A stretch of DNA of 40,020 bases from a virus. Of this stretch, positions 8,549 through 18,122 are shown one piece after another (the first letter of the stretch is position 1; each line of letters begins with the position of its first letter). Where the stretch lies: the UHGV virus genome UHGV-0084069; one strand, 5' to 3'. Both the position numbers and the translations under genes were made by a program. The notes beneath the pieces are model-generated. The model saw only the letters and a program-made list of their open reading frames with translations, was not told the DNA's origin and made no database searches.

Positions 8549-9915
8549 TGCACTGGCACCTTCAGAGGGATCACCGGCACAAAGCCGGGATGCGTAATGG
8601 CATTACGCCGGATAATGTCCGCATCACGCGCCGCGTTATCAAACCAGGTCGCCGCCAGCACCAGCGCGGGTAAAACCTCATCCGGTGTGCGCTGAATGAT
8701 CCGTGCAGACTGTTCAAGGCGCGTGTTGATATCCGCATTCAGATCTGCTTTCACCCGGCGCAGTGCCAGAAACAGCGCATCACTGGTTGTACGGGACAAC
8801 TCCTTATCAATTGCCGTATTCAGTGTGTCGCGAATGTCAGTCAGTTCTTCCCACGTTGGCAGGTCAACCGTGTTTTTCACCGCCGGTGCATTGTTCAGTG
8901 CCGGATGCGTGACGGAAGGCCAGCCAGTGCTCTGCGCAGGTGTTGTTGACTGCCCCACTGCGGCATTCTGCATCACCGCGGAAGTTGTTGGCGCAGGCAA
9001 TCGGGTGACGGCATACGCCGCTTCGCTGATTGCGGTCGTACGAAGGGTACTGGCAACCTCGTTACGCTGATGCGTCGCCGTGGCGGTGGTTTTACTGTCC
9101 GTTTTCCAGACGCCGCGCGGTTGCAGATCGCTGCCGAGGCTGACACCGGAAAGCGTTTTGATCATGGTGACCAGGTCGCTGGCGTTACCATAAAGGCGTT
9201 TCCCGGTACGCCACATTTTCTGCACCTGCTCAACGAAATTTTTGCCTGACGATGGTGGCGGCAGAAGTACCGAGATATCCCCCTGCAACAGCCTGGCGGC
9301 ATCCGATACGGCAGAATCCACCACTTTCATCGCATCAGAAACATACCCAAGCATTGTGCTGGCATTACCGACGACGTCGTTCTGCACAAAATCTGCCACG
9401 CCATCGATACTGAAACCACTGAAGCTGTCACTGATGCAGTCATCCAGTGCAGAACAGGATGACATCAGCGTCTGCGCCGTCGCCGCACCTGAAGTGGGGT
9501 AAGAGAGTTCTCCCGCTTCGACAAACTTCAGGTCAAAGCGGACAATACGCCCTTCACTCTTCGATGTGCTGACCCGAACTTCCCCGTCAACACAGACTTT
9601 CAGCTCACCGTAAGTCGGATGGACAAGCGTGCCGGGACCGGGTTTATTCAGCGCGTCAATCAGGCGATCGCGCTGGTCAAAGCAGTCATCTCCCACCACA
9701 TAAGCTGTGATGGACGGGCGGAAAGTGATTTTCCCCAGGTCTTCGGTATAGGGTTTGTCGCGGTTCGGGTATTCGTGCGTTTCCACACGACGACCGGTTC
9801 CCGCACTTTCTTCTTCAACCTTAAACGGCACACCGCGAAATGACGCGTCCTGAAGTCTGTCTTTCCACGTCATATAAACTCCGTACATAAAAAATCCCAC
9901 CGGAGTGGGACTCAT
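8545..9915 (-). CDS. Mu gp43 (N)-like DNA circularisation / tail protein
   Basis: 456-aa ORF directly downstream of the tape measure gene. Confidence 0.55.
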   Translation of the reverse strand: MSPTPVGFFMYGVYMTWKDRLQDASFRGVPFKVEEESAGTGRRVETHEYPNRDKPYTEDLGKITFRPSITAYVVGDDCFDQRDRLIDALNKPGPGTLVHPTYGELKVCVDGEVRVSTSKSEGRIVRFDLKFVEAGELSYPTSGAATAQTLMSSCSALDDCISDSFSGFSIDGVADFVQNDVVGNASTMLGYVSDAMKVVDSAVSDAARLLQGDISVLLPPPSSGKNFVEQVQKMWRTGKRLYGNASDLVTMIKTLSGVSLGSDLQPRGVWKTDSKTTATATHQRNEVASTLRTTAISEAAYAVTRLPAPTTSAVMQNAAVGQSTTPAQSTGWPSVTHPALNNAPAVKNTVDLPTWEELTDIRDTLNTAIDKELSRTTSDALFLALRRVKADLNADINTRLEQSARIIQRTPDEVLPALVLAATWFDNAARDADIIRRNAITHPGFVPVIPLKVPVQ

Positions 9916-9933
9916 TAACAGATTAATTTTTCA

Positions 9934-11769
9934 TTACCTGCCAAAGCGCGTATAGCCAACATCATGGCTGACATCAAAACCGCTGGATCGCGTTTCCATA
10001 ACCCGCATACCCGGAGGCGAATTCATAAAAGAGACCTTGATCTCACCATCAACTTTTGGCGCAGAAGCTTTGTTAATCATGAAGGGATTCGGGCCTGTGG
10101 CACCGGAGGCGTTGTTTGACTGAGCCGGATCTACCGCCGGATAAGGTGTGTATCCCCGCGCCGGTATTCCCGTCCCATAAGCATCATAAGCACCCGCGCC
10201 CCACTGCGCAGAGTTAATGGCATCGACCGTGTCACCGGAACTGTCGGTAAACCACTCAATAATTGGCTTCAGCTTGTCCCACATATCCTGAAACCACTTA
10301 ACAACCGGCCCCCAGTTATTGATCACCATCCCCAGCGGCGACCAGGCAAAAACTTTCTTAAGGAGTTCCCAGCCAGCCTCAAAATAAGGACCAATGGTTT
10401 CCCAGAGTTTCTTAAAATAAGGTCCGACAACATCCCAGTTAGTGATAATTAATCCCGCAGCCAGGGCTATCGCCGTCGCAATCATGCCAATCGGCGTCAT
10501 CGACATGATCCTGCTGACAATACTGATGGCACCGCCAACGCCCATCAATCCCAGTTTCAGAATCGCAAGACCGGCAGCAAGCCCGACGACGCCGCGAATA
10601 ACCCGGGGATTTTCATCCGCAAACTTCGTGAATTTTTCCCCCAACTCCCCCAGCCATTGCGTGATATTTTTAGCGTCACCAGAAAATGCGCCGCCAATAG
10701 CTGCAAGACCGTTAGTTGCGGTCCCCGTCATTGCCTCCCACAGGTTGGACAGCGTACCAAGCTGGGCCTGAACACGTTTATTCAGGCTGGCCTGTTTATT
10801 CATCTTCTGCTGGATCTGATCGTAGCCATCCTTTCCTTTATCGATCAGAGCATTGACCACCTGAAGGGTTTCGGCATCATCACCAAATATTGCCTTAAGT
10901 ACACCGGTTCGCTTAACGTCGGTCAGTTTTCGCAGCTTTGCCAGTTGCCTGAACATGTTATCAAGACCGCCAAAACTCCCTTTGCCATCAGTAAAATCGA
11001 GCTGTACCCCGAGTTTCTGGCGGGCCATGATTTTATTGACGTCCCTGATTTTCTTAACGCTTAATCCGGACTGGATAACTTTTCGCAGGGCATTACCTGC
11101 CGACTCCCCGTTCATCCCCATCTGATCCATCATGACACTGATGGGGGCAAGACTCTGTGCAGCCTGAAGACCGTCCTTATTCACCATCTTCAGAACAGAG
11201 CTGGTTTTAGTGAAGAATGACAGCATGTTGGTGTCGTCAACGCCCAGATAAAACGCCTTCTGAATTGTGTCGAACAGCCCCATCATGTCTTCTGAGGCCG
11301 TTCCGGTAGCATCCTGCATCTTTGCGGCAAACTCGGCAGCCGCTTCCGGTGTTTTTTTCAGTTGTACCGCAAGATAAGCTGTCGCTTTACCCACACCACC
11401 CAGAATGTTTTCTGCCGGGATCCCCTGACGCACCAGCATCTGCATCATGTTCTGGAAATCAGCCGTTGTACCGGGTAGCTGGTTACCCAGGCCAATAGCC
11501 AGTTTATTGATGTCCTGAAAGCTCTTTCCAACCTCGCCGTTCGCATCCATCATGGCGACTTTCAGCCCGGTAGCGGCGTTTTCCTGATCGGCATAAGATT
11601 TCAGGGAAAGCGTCAGCCCCGCTGCCAGTCCGCCACCAAGCGCCAGCCCACCCTGTGACGCCTCTTCCGCCTGGCGTTTAAATCCCCGGATTTTCTTTTG
11701 CATTTTCGACAGCGCGGGAGAAAGCCTGTCGACACCGGTGATCAACGCCTTAAGCTCAAATTCAGCCAT
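9934..11769 (-). CDS. tail tape measure protein
   Basis: 611-aa ORF with a Gly/Ala-rich hydrophobic central region and coiled-coil N-terminus; preceded by the chaperone frameshift pair. Confidence 0.75.
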   Translation of the reverse strand: MAEFELKALITGVDRLSPALSKMQKKIRGFKRQAEEASQGGLALGGGLAAGLTLSLKSYADQENAATGLKVAMMDANGEVGKSFQDINKLAIGLGNQLPGTTADFQNMMQMLVRQGIPAENILGGVGKATAYLAVQLKKTPEAAAEFAAKMQDATGTASEDMMGLFDTIQKAFYLGVDDTNMLSFFTKTSSVLKMVNKDGLQAAQSLAPISVMMDQMGMNGESAGNALRKVIQSGLSVKKIRDVNKIMARQKLGVQLDFTDGKGSFGGLDNMFRQLAKLRKLTDVKRTGVLKAIFGDDAETLQVVNALIDKGKDGYDQIQQKMNKQASLNKRVQAQLGTLSNLWEAMTGTATNGLAAIGGAFSGDAKNITQWLGELGEKFTKFADENPRVIRGVVGLAAGLAILKLGLMGVGGAISIVSRIMSMTPIGMIATAIALAAGLIITNWDVVGPYFKKLWETIGPYFEAGWELLKKVFAWSPLGMVINNWGPVVKWFQDMWDKLKPIIEWFTDSSGDTVDAINSAQWGAGAYDAYGTGIPARGYTPYPAVDPAQSNNASGATGPNPFMINKASAPKVDGEIKVSFMNSPPGMRVMETRSSGFDVSHDVGYTRFGR

Positions 11770-11944
11770 GTGTGCGTTTCTCCTGCTCTATCCTGTTTGC
11801 CTGACTGACCAGCAAGGGAATTTCACTGATCGGCATATTCAGCAATTCGAAGGGATTAATGCGCCAGTAGCTGGCGCAGTCAAAGAAGCGATCAGTGAGG
11901 TATTCAGCCGTCAGGCCTGGAGGAAAAAACCAGCCACAAGCCAC
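11762..11944 (-). CDS. -1 frame extension of the tail assembly chaperone (frameshift product C-terminus)
   Basis: ORF in the -1 frame overlapping the chaperone 3' end across slippery TTTTTTC; ends at the tape measure start. Confidence 0.45.
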   Translation of the reverse strand: MACGWFFPPGLTAEYLTDRFFDCASYWRINPFELLNMPISEIPLLVSQANRIEQEKRTHG

Positions 11945-12180
11945 GCCGCTGCATTCAGGTCTGCCGGAGACATCTGGTCGACAGAGCTTTGCGGCACTTT
12001 CGCCAGCCGCACAATGTATTTCGACACCACATGCGCCAGAAGTCTGACGGACTCATCCTGATTCATCTGGTAGGGATACCCCAGCTCGCGAACATCCTTC
12101 CCGGTGGGTTCATCAAACTCCAGTACGGAGAGTGTCTCACCATGAGCGATAATCGGTTTCTTTAACTCAAGCTCTTTCAT
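11911..12180 (-). CDS. tail assembly chaperone (Mu gp41 / lambda G-like)
   Basis: 89-aa ORF between the tube and tape measure genes; ends ...WLVAGFFLQA across a slippery heptamer. Confidence 0.55.
   Translation of the reverse strand: MKELELKKPIIAHGETLSVLEFDEPTGKDVRELGYPYQMNQDESVRLLAHVVSKYIVRLAKVPQSSVDQMSPADLNAAAWLVAGFFLQA
11923..11929 (-). other. candidate -1 programmed ribosomal frameshift slippery heptamer (T TTT TTC on the coding strand)
   Basis: + strand GAAAAAA, i.e. G-GTT-TTT-TCC in the chaperone frame, 5 codons before its stop. Confidence 0.45.
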
Positions 12181-12536
12181 TACTGGTAATCCCCTTCTTC
12201 ACCGTGGAACTCAAGATCAACCGTCCCTTCTTCGGCATTATGGTTCGCTTCTCCGTGCAGCCAGGCGGACGACAATACATAGACCTGACCGTTCGCCAGC
12301 TCGGCAGTGATGGTCATCTCATCAGACGAGGTGATTTTGTTCACCGGAAAATTCTTCGGCACCTTGAAGGTCCCTTTGACATAAGGCGCACGGTGAGTTT
12401 CCTTGCGGTCCACTGAACCGTCCAGGCCGATGATGTCATCATTGACCGTCCTGTTCATGGGCACCTCAATGCCGCCGGTCAGCGATAGCTGCTGACCGTC
12501 AATTTTGAAATAACAGGTTCCCCCGATACGGGCCAT
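12180..12536 (-). CDS. contractile tail tube protein (Mu gpM-like)
   Basis: 118-aa ORF immediately after the sheath gene. Confidence 0.7.
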   Translation of the reverse strand: MARIGGTCYFKIDGQQLSLTGGIEVPMNRTVNDDIIGLDGSVDRKETHRAPYVKGTFKVPKNFPVNKITSSDEMTITAELANGQVYVLSSAWLHGEANHNAEEGTVDLEFHGEEGDYQ

Positions 12537-14032
12537 TATGCAGACTCCTCTGAATACTGAAGACGGAACTGGTTAACCACGGCAAAAACACGCAACTGGT
12601 TAACATAGTCAGGCGGGAACAGCGTGTTCAGGCGGTTCGGATCGCTGGCATCACGCTCCACAACCAGGTACTGCTTAAACAGTTCGTAGTTTTCCACGAT
12701 CCCCGCACGCTCAAGCTGACGGTAGGTTGCCAGCAGTTCCCCTTTGATTACCGCCGGGGTGACAATCGCCTGACCGGGACCAAAGCGGGTACCGTCGCTG
12801 GCAAGCTTGTGACGCCCGTACTTACTGGTAATGACGGATTTCAGTTTGCGCAGTACATACGCGCTGGTATGCAGCGTCTCGCTGTCGAGGTAGCTGTTAT
12901 CCGCAACACCGTAAGCATTTTTCCTGTACGTGGTGACATCACGCTGAATGCGCAGCACCCCGCTTTCGACATACGCCGTTGCCACGCCATGAGACAGCAG
13001 GGTCTGCTGCTCGGTCATCGTGAACCGTTTCCCCTTCGGCGCAGGCAACATACCTACCAGCTCACCGGTCTGCGTGGGACGTGCCGGATCGTTGCGGATA
13101 AACACCGCTGCGCGGGCGGTACGGCTTGCCGCCAGCTCGTCGGCAGGCGTCTGGGTCTCTTTTTCGTACCCCGCCAGGGTGATGTGCTGCTGGTTAAACT
13201 GGTCACCTGCGTTCACCAGTTCTGACAGTGTGCCGGTCTTTGCCGTATACACATGACCATACAACTGACGCGCATAGCTCCAGCGACCGCTGGTATCGTT
13301 CATCTCGGTCACCAGCGTGTTAACGGAGGCCGTGTCGTTGAACGGCAGACCGATATAATCAAACGGCTCATCCGCCATTGCAGCCACCGCGCCGGTGAGA
13401 ACCGGAGCGCCCGTTCCGGCGGTCCCCGTCGCCACGGCAATCTGTACGCCCGCTGGCAGCACTTCGCCCCCACCGAAGCCGTAGTAATTGAGGCTGACAG
13501 GAATTTCATTCCCGCAAAGCCCCTTATGACGCGCGGTCAGCGTGACAACACCAGCCGAAGATGAAGCTGTAAACGGCAGAGTCGGAACGGCATTGATGGC
13601 ATCTTTGATACTGCTGGCAATCGTCGTGACGTTATCGCCGTTGGTCACCGGAGCCTGCACGCGGGTACGTCCCACATAGACATTCACCGTGCCGCTTTCG
13701 GTTGCTTCCCCGGTCACCGTCAGCGTAACCGTTGCCGCCGCGCCTGTGGCTTCCGGAACGGCAATCACATACAGCTCACCAAACGGGTCGGTCTGGCGAT
13801 AAGCCTCGACCATACGCGCCAGCTGACTTCCCGCACCACAAATCTGGCGTGCATAGTCTGCCGACGGCATCAGCACCAGACTGTTGGCAACAATCTCTGC
13901 ACCGTTATTGGCATGACCAATCAGCAGCGATGCTCCGCTGTCCTGTGCAGTATTCGCCGCCTGGTTATCCATTTCCGCATAAAACAGCGGAACCAGCGTA
14001 TTCGACGGAATGGTGTTAAAGCTTATCGTCAT
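12536..14032 (-). CDS. contractile tail sheath protein (Mu gpL-like)
   Basis: 498-aa ORF (MTISFNTIPS...) followed by the tube gene. Confidence 0.8.
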   Translation of the reverse strand: MTISFNTIPSNTLVPLFYAEMDNQAANTAQDSGASLLIGHANNGAEIVANSLVLMPSADYARQICGAGSQLARMVEAYRQTDPFGELYVIAVPEATGAAATVTLTVTGEATESGTVNVYVGRTRVQAPVTNGDNVTTIASSIKDAINAVPTLPFTASSSAGVVTLTARHKGLCGNEIPVSLNYYGFGGGEVLPAGVQIAVATGTAGTGAPVLTGAVAAMADEPFDYIGLPFNDTASVNTLVTEMNDTSGRWSYARQLYGHVYTAKTGTLSELVNAGDQFNQQHITLAGYEKETQTPADELAASRTARAAVFIRNDPARPTQTGELVGMLPAPKGKRFTMTEQQTLLSHGVATAYVESGVLRIQRDVTTYRKNAYGVADNSYLDSETLHTSAYVLRKLKSVITSKYGRHKLASDGTRFGPGQAIVTPAVIKGELLATYRQLERAGIVENYELFKQYLVVERDASDPNRLNTLFPPDYVNQLRVFAVVNQFRLQYSEESA

Positions 14033-14186
14033 CGGTGTTCACCTTTTTATTCACGCGCCGGATATCACCCGCTGCTTCACGGCGCAGCCAGTAGTTGTTC
14101 TCGTCAACATTTCGCCCTTCGGTGGGCAAAAGGTCACCGCGGGCAGGGTCAGGCACTGACCGCCCTTTAACAGGTTTCACAAACAT
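14016..14186 (-). CDS. small hypothetical protein upstream of the sheath gene
   Basis: ATG at 14186 (MFVKPVKGRSVPDPARGDLLPTEGRNVDENNYW...); its stop overlaps the sheath start; below the 60-aa track cutoff. Confidence 0.3.
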   Translation of the reverse strand: MFVKPVKGRSVPDPARGDLLPTEGRNVDENNYWLRREAAGDIRRVNKKVNTDDDKL

Positions 14187-14194
14187 GAAGATTC

Positions 14195-14755
14195 TCAGGA
14201 AGGAAGGGTTATTTCGGTGTGATGTTCGATATCGCCGTCAGGCCCGTTACCGGGATCGAGATAATCAACATCAATCGCCAGCGTTCGCAGTTCATCCAGA
14301 CTGTTCAGGTCATCCTGCTGGCGGGTATCGTCTTCGGTCAGCTCGCTGATGACCGAAAAATCGAACTGATAAATCAGCTCATGACGATTCAGATCCAGCA
14401 GCGTGCCGCCGTCATAGGTAATCGGGTTACCGCACGCTTCCGGGTTCCAGCCCAGCAGGGCCTTAAAGAGCATCTGCCGGACATCGTCCACCACATCATA
14501 CGAGGTAAACTGACCGCGCTCATCACGCCCGTTACTCAGTATGACAACCACGGAGAAACCCTCTTTCAGCTCCTGCCAGTAGTCGGTCTGGCTTTTGTTT
14601 TCTCCCGGAGAATCATCACCCGGTACAACATATGCCGCCGGGAGTTTCAGCTTTCCGACCTCCGGCAGATTTTTGAACTGGGCCGCGCCTGCAACCCGGT
14701 TTTCAAAATACGGACAGCGGGCACGCAGTGCAGCAATAACAGGCGTCAGTTTCAT
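14195..14755 (-). CDS. virion structural protein (Mu gp37-like; tail terminator / sheath stabiliser candidate)
   Basis: 186-aa ORF between head-tail joining genes and the sheath. Confidence 0.45.
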   Translation of the reverse strand: MKLTPVIAALRARCPYFENRVAGAAQFKNLPEVGKLKLPAAYVVPGDDSPGENKSQTDYWQELKEGFSVVVILSNGRDERGQFTSYDVVDDVRQMLFKALLGWNPEACGNPITYDGGTLLDLNRHELIYQFDFSVISELTEDDTRQQDDLNSLDELRTLAIDVDYLDPGNGPDGDIEHHTEITLPS

Positions 14756-15258
14756 CTGTGTCGTCGCTCCGGCTTCAGTGATTTACGCAATTCCCGCGCC
14801 AGAAAATAGCGTGTCCAGCTGCGGTTCTTTTCAAGCGTTTCCACCATGAAGTTATTACGTGGAGCCAGTCGCCAGCCGCTGCCACCGGATGCACCACGAT
14901 GATGGCTGCGACGACGCTTTGCCCCTCGCCTCACGCCATAGAACAAAAAAGCCGGATAAAAATCACCGGTGATACGGCGGTTTCCCTCTCCATTACGCTG
15001 GTTAGGGGCTATACGTGCCATAAAACCAGGACGATGTTTACTGGCTCTGGGTACCATGTAACCAATCGAACGAGCCAGGCGTCCGGTCTGATAACCGGGG
15101 TTTTCACCCGGTGCCGACCGCGCACGGCGCATCACCAGCCGACGGGCATCACGCATATGACGCTGACCAATCGTGACAAACGCCCGCCGGACACGGGCGC
15201 GGTTAAAGCGCATCTCCGCGGGCTGCTGAAAATCAACGTGCAAAAAGGAAGTCGCCAT
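14752..15258 (-). CDS. head-tail joining protein (HK97 gp10-like candidate), Arg-rich
   Basis: 168-aa ORF in the head-tail connector block. Confidence 0.45.
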   Translation of the reverse strand: MATSFLHVDFQQPAEMRFNRARVRRAFVTIGQRHMRDARRLVMRRARSAPGENPGYQTGRLARSIGYMVPRASKHRPGFMARIAPNQRNGEGNRRITGDFYPAFLFYGVRRGAKRRRSHHRGASGGSGWRLAPRNNFMVETLEKNRSWTRYFLARELRKSLKPERRHR

Positions 15259-15643
15259 TGTTGCCTCCGTGACTCTGCGTAAATTCGCCCAGCTCCGTAC
15301 ACTCCAGCAGCAGAAAGCGCCGCGCCCCGTTCAGATCACGCTGACGTTTCACCCGGTACACACTGTCACCGCAGACCACCTCATAATCAGCGGTGATCCC
15401 CCGGCGGTAGCGAATGGTGATGTAATGGGTGATGGCGTCTCCGGTCTGCGCGGTTTCCTGCCAGGTAGTGGCACTGGTCTGGACAACCTTCGCCCATGCC
15501 CGGAACGCAACCGGATATTGAGGCTCCACGCCAAAGTTATCCGCGGGCATATCCACCCGCTGGCGGATCAGGACGCGTTTATTCAGTTCGCCGGGGTCCG
15601 GCAGAATGTAGGTTGCGCTGGTCTGCGCCTGACGAATTTTCAT
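15233..15643 (-). CDS. head closure / head-tail adaptor protein
   Basis: 136-aa ORF downstream of the gp6-like connector gene. Confidence 0.5.
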   Translation of the reverse strand: MKIRQAQTSATYILPDPGELNKRVLIRQRVDMPADNFGVEPQYPVAFRAWAKVVQTSATTWQETAQTGDAITHYITIRYRRGITADYEVVCGDSVYRVKRQRDLNGARRFLLLECTELGEFTQSHGGNNGDFLFAR

Positions 15644-15963
15644 TGCGGAAAGTACCTGTACGGGCCGACAAGCCAGCTAAAACTCTGCGGCATGTCGAGT
15701 TTCTCCACTTCCGTAACCGAAGAGCGGTTTTCGTAAAAATGGCTGATAAGCATCAGCATCCCCAGACGAATATCATCCGGCAGGTGCAGCCCGTCCGGAT
15801 CGCTGTCCGGAATGGTTTCATCCGGTGCATAGAGCTTCCGGTTCAGATACGTTTCCGTCCGCTTTTGCGCCGCACAGGCCAGCAGTTGCAGATGGCGGTC
15901 ATCAGCATCGAAATCCTCATCCAGCCGGAGTTGGGCTTTAATCTCTTCCATTGTCAGAAGCAT
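15640..15963 (-). CDS. head-tail connector protein (gp6-like)
   Basis: 107-aa ORF downstream of the major capsid gene. Confidence 0.55.
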   Translation of the reverse strand: MLLTMEEIKAQLRLDEDFDADDRHLQLLACAAQKRTETYLNRKLYAPDETIPDSDPDGLHLPDDIRLGMLMLISHFYENRSSVTEVEKLDMPQSFSWLVGPYRYFPQ

Positions 15964-15965
15964 AC

Positions 15966-16166
15966 TCAGCCCTCTTTACTGGTCGTGGCTTTTTTCTCTT
16001 TTGCCGCTTTACTGCTTTTTGCACTGGTTCCGCGCTCTGCTAACCCGGCCTGAAGTGCAATCTCCTGCACCCGGGCAGGAAGCGCCCCGTCGTCATACTC
16101 ACCGGCCCGAATGACCTCAACACGCATACCGTCCGGTGACCATTTCAGATCTTGTTTCAGGATCAT
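15966..16166 (-). CDS. small hypothetical head-module protein
   Basis: 66-aa ORF between the capsid and connector genes. Confidence 0.35.
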   Translation of the reverse strand: MILKQDLKWSPDGMRVEVIRAGEYDDGALPARVQEIALQAGLAERGTSAKSSKAAKEKKATTSKEG

Positions 16167-16215
16167 GATTCTTCACCCGTCAGAACAGGGGGCGCGGTTC
16201 CGCGCCCCTGAATGA

Positions 16216-17421
16216 TTACGCCGCTGCAATCTTCAGCAGTTTGATGGCCTGCGAATCGACCAGCATCCCGCCGGTGCGCTTGGTGGTATAAAAACCGACA
16301 AACGGTTTATTGGTGTACGGATCACGCAGAATGCGGGTGCCGATACGGTCAACGATGGTGTAACCCCGTTTGAAGTTACCAAATGCAATGGCTTTCGCAT
16401 CAGCGGCGATATCCGGCATCTGTTCGTTTTCAGCGATACCGTAACCCGCCAGAGAGGACGGCTGCCCCAGTTCCAGCCCCGGACGCCACAGATAGTTACC
16501 CTCGCTGTCTTTCAGCAGACGGATGGCAAACAGGCTGTTGTTGTTCATCATGAACTTCGCGCCAGTGCGGTGTGCCTTACGTAGCGTGTAAATCAGTTTG
16601 ATAATGGCGTCTGCGGTCACCGTCGTCGCTTCACCGGATACAATATGCTGAAGTTTGCCGAACGCCCGGACCTTGTCGGTTTCATCAGTGGATTCATACG
16701 CCAGGAACCCTTTCGGCTTCTTGGTGCCATCGCCTGAGGTAAAGGCAATTTCTTCCTGTTCGGCAAATTCGGTTGCCAGCTCGCTGTTGATCCAGGCCTC
16801 TACGTTGAAGAAGGCATCGTCCAGCATTTTCTGGGTAGCCTGCGGGTTGCCGTAGATTTCCCCCATGAGAGGTTCAATCAGCTCCAGTCTGGAGGTGGCA
16901 GTCTGGGATCGCGTATCCGTTTCCCCCACCCATCCGGAAGCCGTACCGCCCAGATTCACCAGTTTTTTGTAGTCGGAACCGCCAACGGTGATCACCGTGG
17001 CTTCCTGACGCATCACCACTTCATCTTTCAGCAGGTTAAGAATGTTGCGATCCAGTTCTTCCGGCACGGCGTAGCCACCGTCTTCATCGGTACCCACCTG
17101 CAATGCCTTACGCTCCAGATCGCGCAGACCGTCTTCACGGCCTTTACGCAGGAAGCCCACAAACGCCTCTTTATGCTCGGTGGCCAGTTTATTTTGCGCT
17201 CCACCAGCCGGACGTTTCAGCTCAAGCAGCTCTTTTTCAAGGTCGCTTTTGAGATTTTCCAGCTCGCTGAGTTTCCCGTTCAGGGTTTCCACCTGCCCGG
17301 CAAGCTTGCCTTTTTCCTGCTCAATCGCATCCACGCGCTTGTCGTTCTTTACTTTGAAGTCGTCAAACTTCTGCTGCAGCTCCTGCGCGATCTGTTCCAC
17401 ATCTTTAATATCAACCGCCAT
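16216..17421 (-). CDS. major capsid protein (HK97 family)
   Basis: 401-aa ORF following the prohead protease; coiled-coil N-terminal delta-domain-like region. Confidence 0.8.
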   Translation of the reverse strand: MAVDIKDVEQIAQELQQKFDDFKVKNDKRVDAIEQEKGKLAGQVETLNGKLSELENLKSDLEKELLELKRPAGGAQNKLATEHKEAFVGFLRKGREDGLRDLERKALQVGTDEDGGYAVPEELDRNILNLLKDEVVMRQEATVITVGGSDYKKLVNLGGTASGWVGETDTRSQTATSRLELIEPLMGEIYGNPQATQKMLDDAFFNVEAWINSELATEFAEQEEIAFTSGDGTKKPKGFLAYESTDETDKVRAFGKLQHIVSGEATTVTADAIIKLIYTLRKAHRTGAKFMMNNNSLFAIRLLKDSEGNYLWRPGLELGQPSSLAGYGIAENEQMPDIAADAKAIAFGNFKRGYTIVDRIGTRILRDPYTNKPFVGFYTTKRTGGMLVDSQAIKLLKIAAA

Positions 17422-17435
17422 CGTATTTCTCCTGA

Positions 17436-18122
17436 TTAGAAGTTCAGATTTTTCAGTGCATTCAGTGCAGAGCCCACATCCTCAGCGTCGCGCAGGGACA
17501 GTGCGCCATAGCCCCCGGCCATGAATGCTTTGGCCTGGGTACGGGAGAGTCCGACATCACGCAGGACTCTTTCGATTTTTTTCTGTTCGGGGATTTCACC
17601 GCGGGCCAGCGCGTTCTTGACGTCGCTGATCCGCGCCTCGTCGTTAGACGGGAACGTCACCAGACTGACTTCCCAGAGGTCGATTTCTTTCAACAGAAAG
17701 GCTTCTTTACTCCGGTCGTATTCCCAGTCTTTCAGGACGTACCCAATAGAAAGGCCGGTTAACGAACCGGCCTTCATGTGTGCATGTGCGCGTTTTGCGA
17801 GGGGATCATCATCAATGAGCAACCGTCCCCTGACGTAAAGCCCGACATCGTCTTCCTTCATTTCGGTATAAACACCGATGGGTTCATCCATGCGGTGCTG
17901 CCAGAGCAGCGCAGGTAACGCTTTTCTGTCACTCCACGCCCGCAGGGAAGCAGCAAATGCCCCGGACATCACCACATCATCGTGGCTGTCCTTTACACCA
18001 AAGACGGAGCCATACCCTTCAAACTCACCGGAGTCACTGACAGATTTCAGACTCAGCGGTACATCAAGACGTTGTTTCGTCTGCATTGGCGTTATCCTTC
18101 TGCTTACCGGCTTTACTGCCAT
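17436..18122 (-). CDS. prohead maturation protease (HK97 family)
   Basis: 228-aa ORF between the portal and capsid genes. Confidence 0.75.
   Translation of the reverse strand: MAVKPVSRRITPMQTKQRLDVPLSLKSVSDSGEFEGYGSVFGVKDSHDDVVMSGAFAASLRAWSDRKALPALLWQHRMDEPIGVYTEMKEDDVGLYVRGRLLIDDDPLAKRAHAHMKAGSLTGLSIGYVLKDWEYDRSKEAFLLKEIDLWEVSLVTFPSNDEARISDVKNALARGEIPEQKKIERVLRDVGLSRTQAKAFMAGGYGALSLRDAEDVGSALNALKNLNF

Noticed and set aside
10442-11064. + strand ORFs inside the tape measure gene
   Set aside because: Antisense to a 611-aa gene in the conserved chaperone-tape measure-baseplate order; low-complexity translation.
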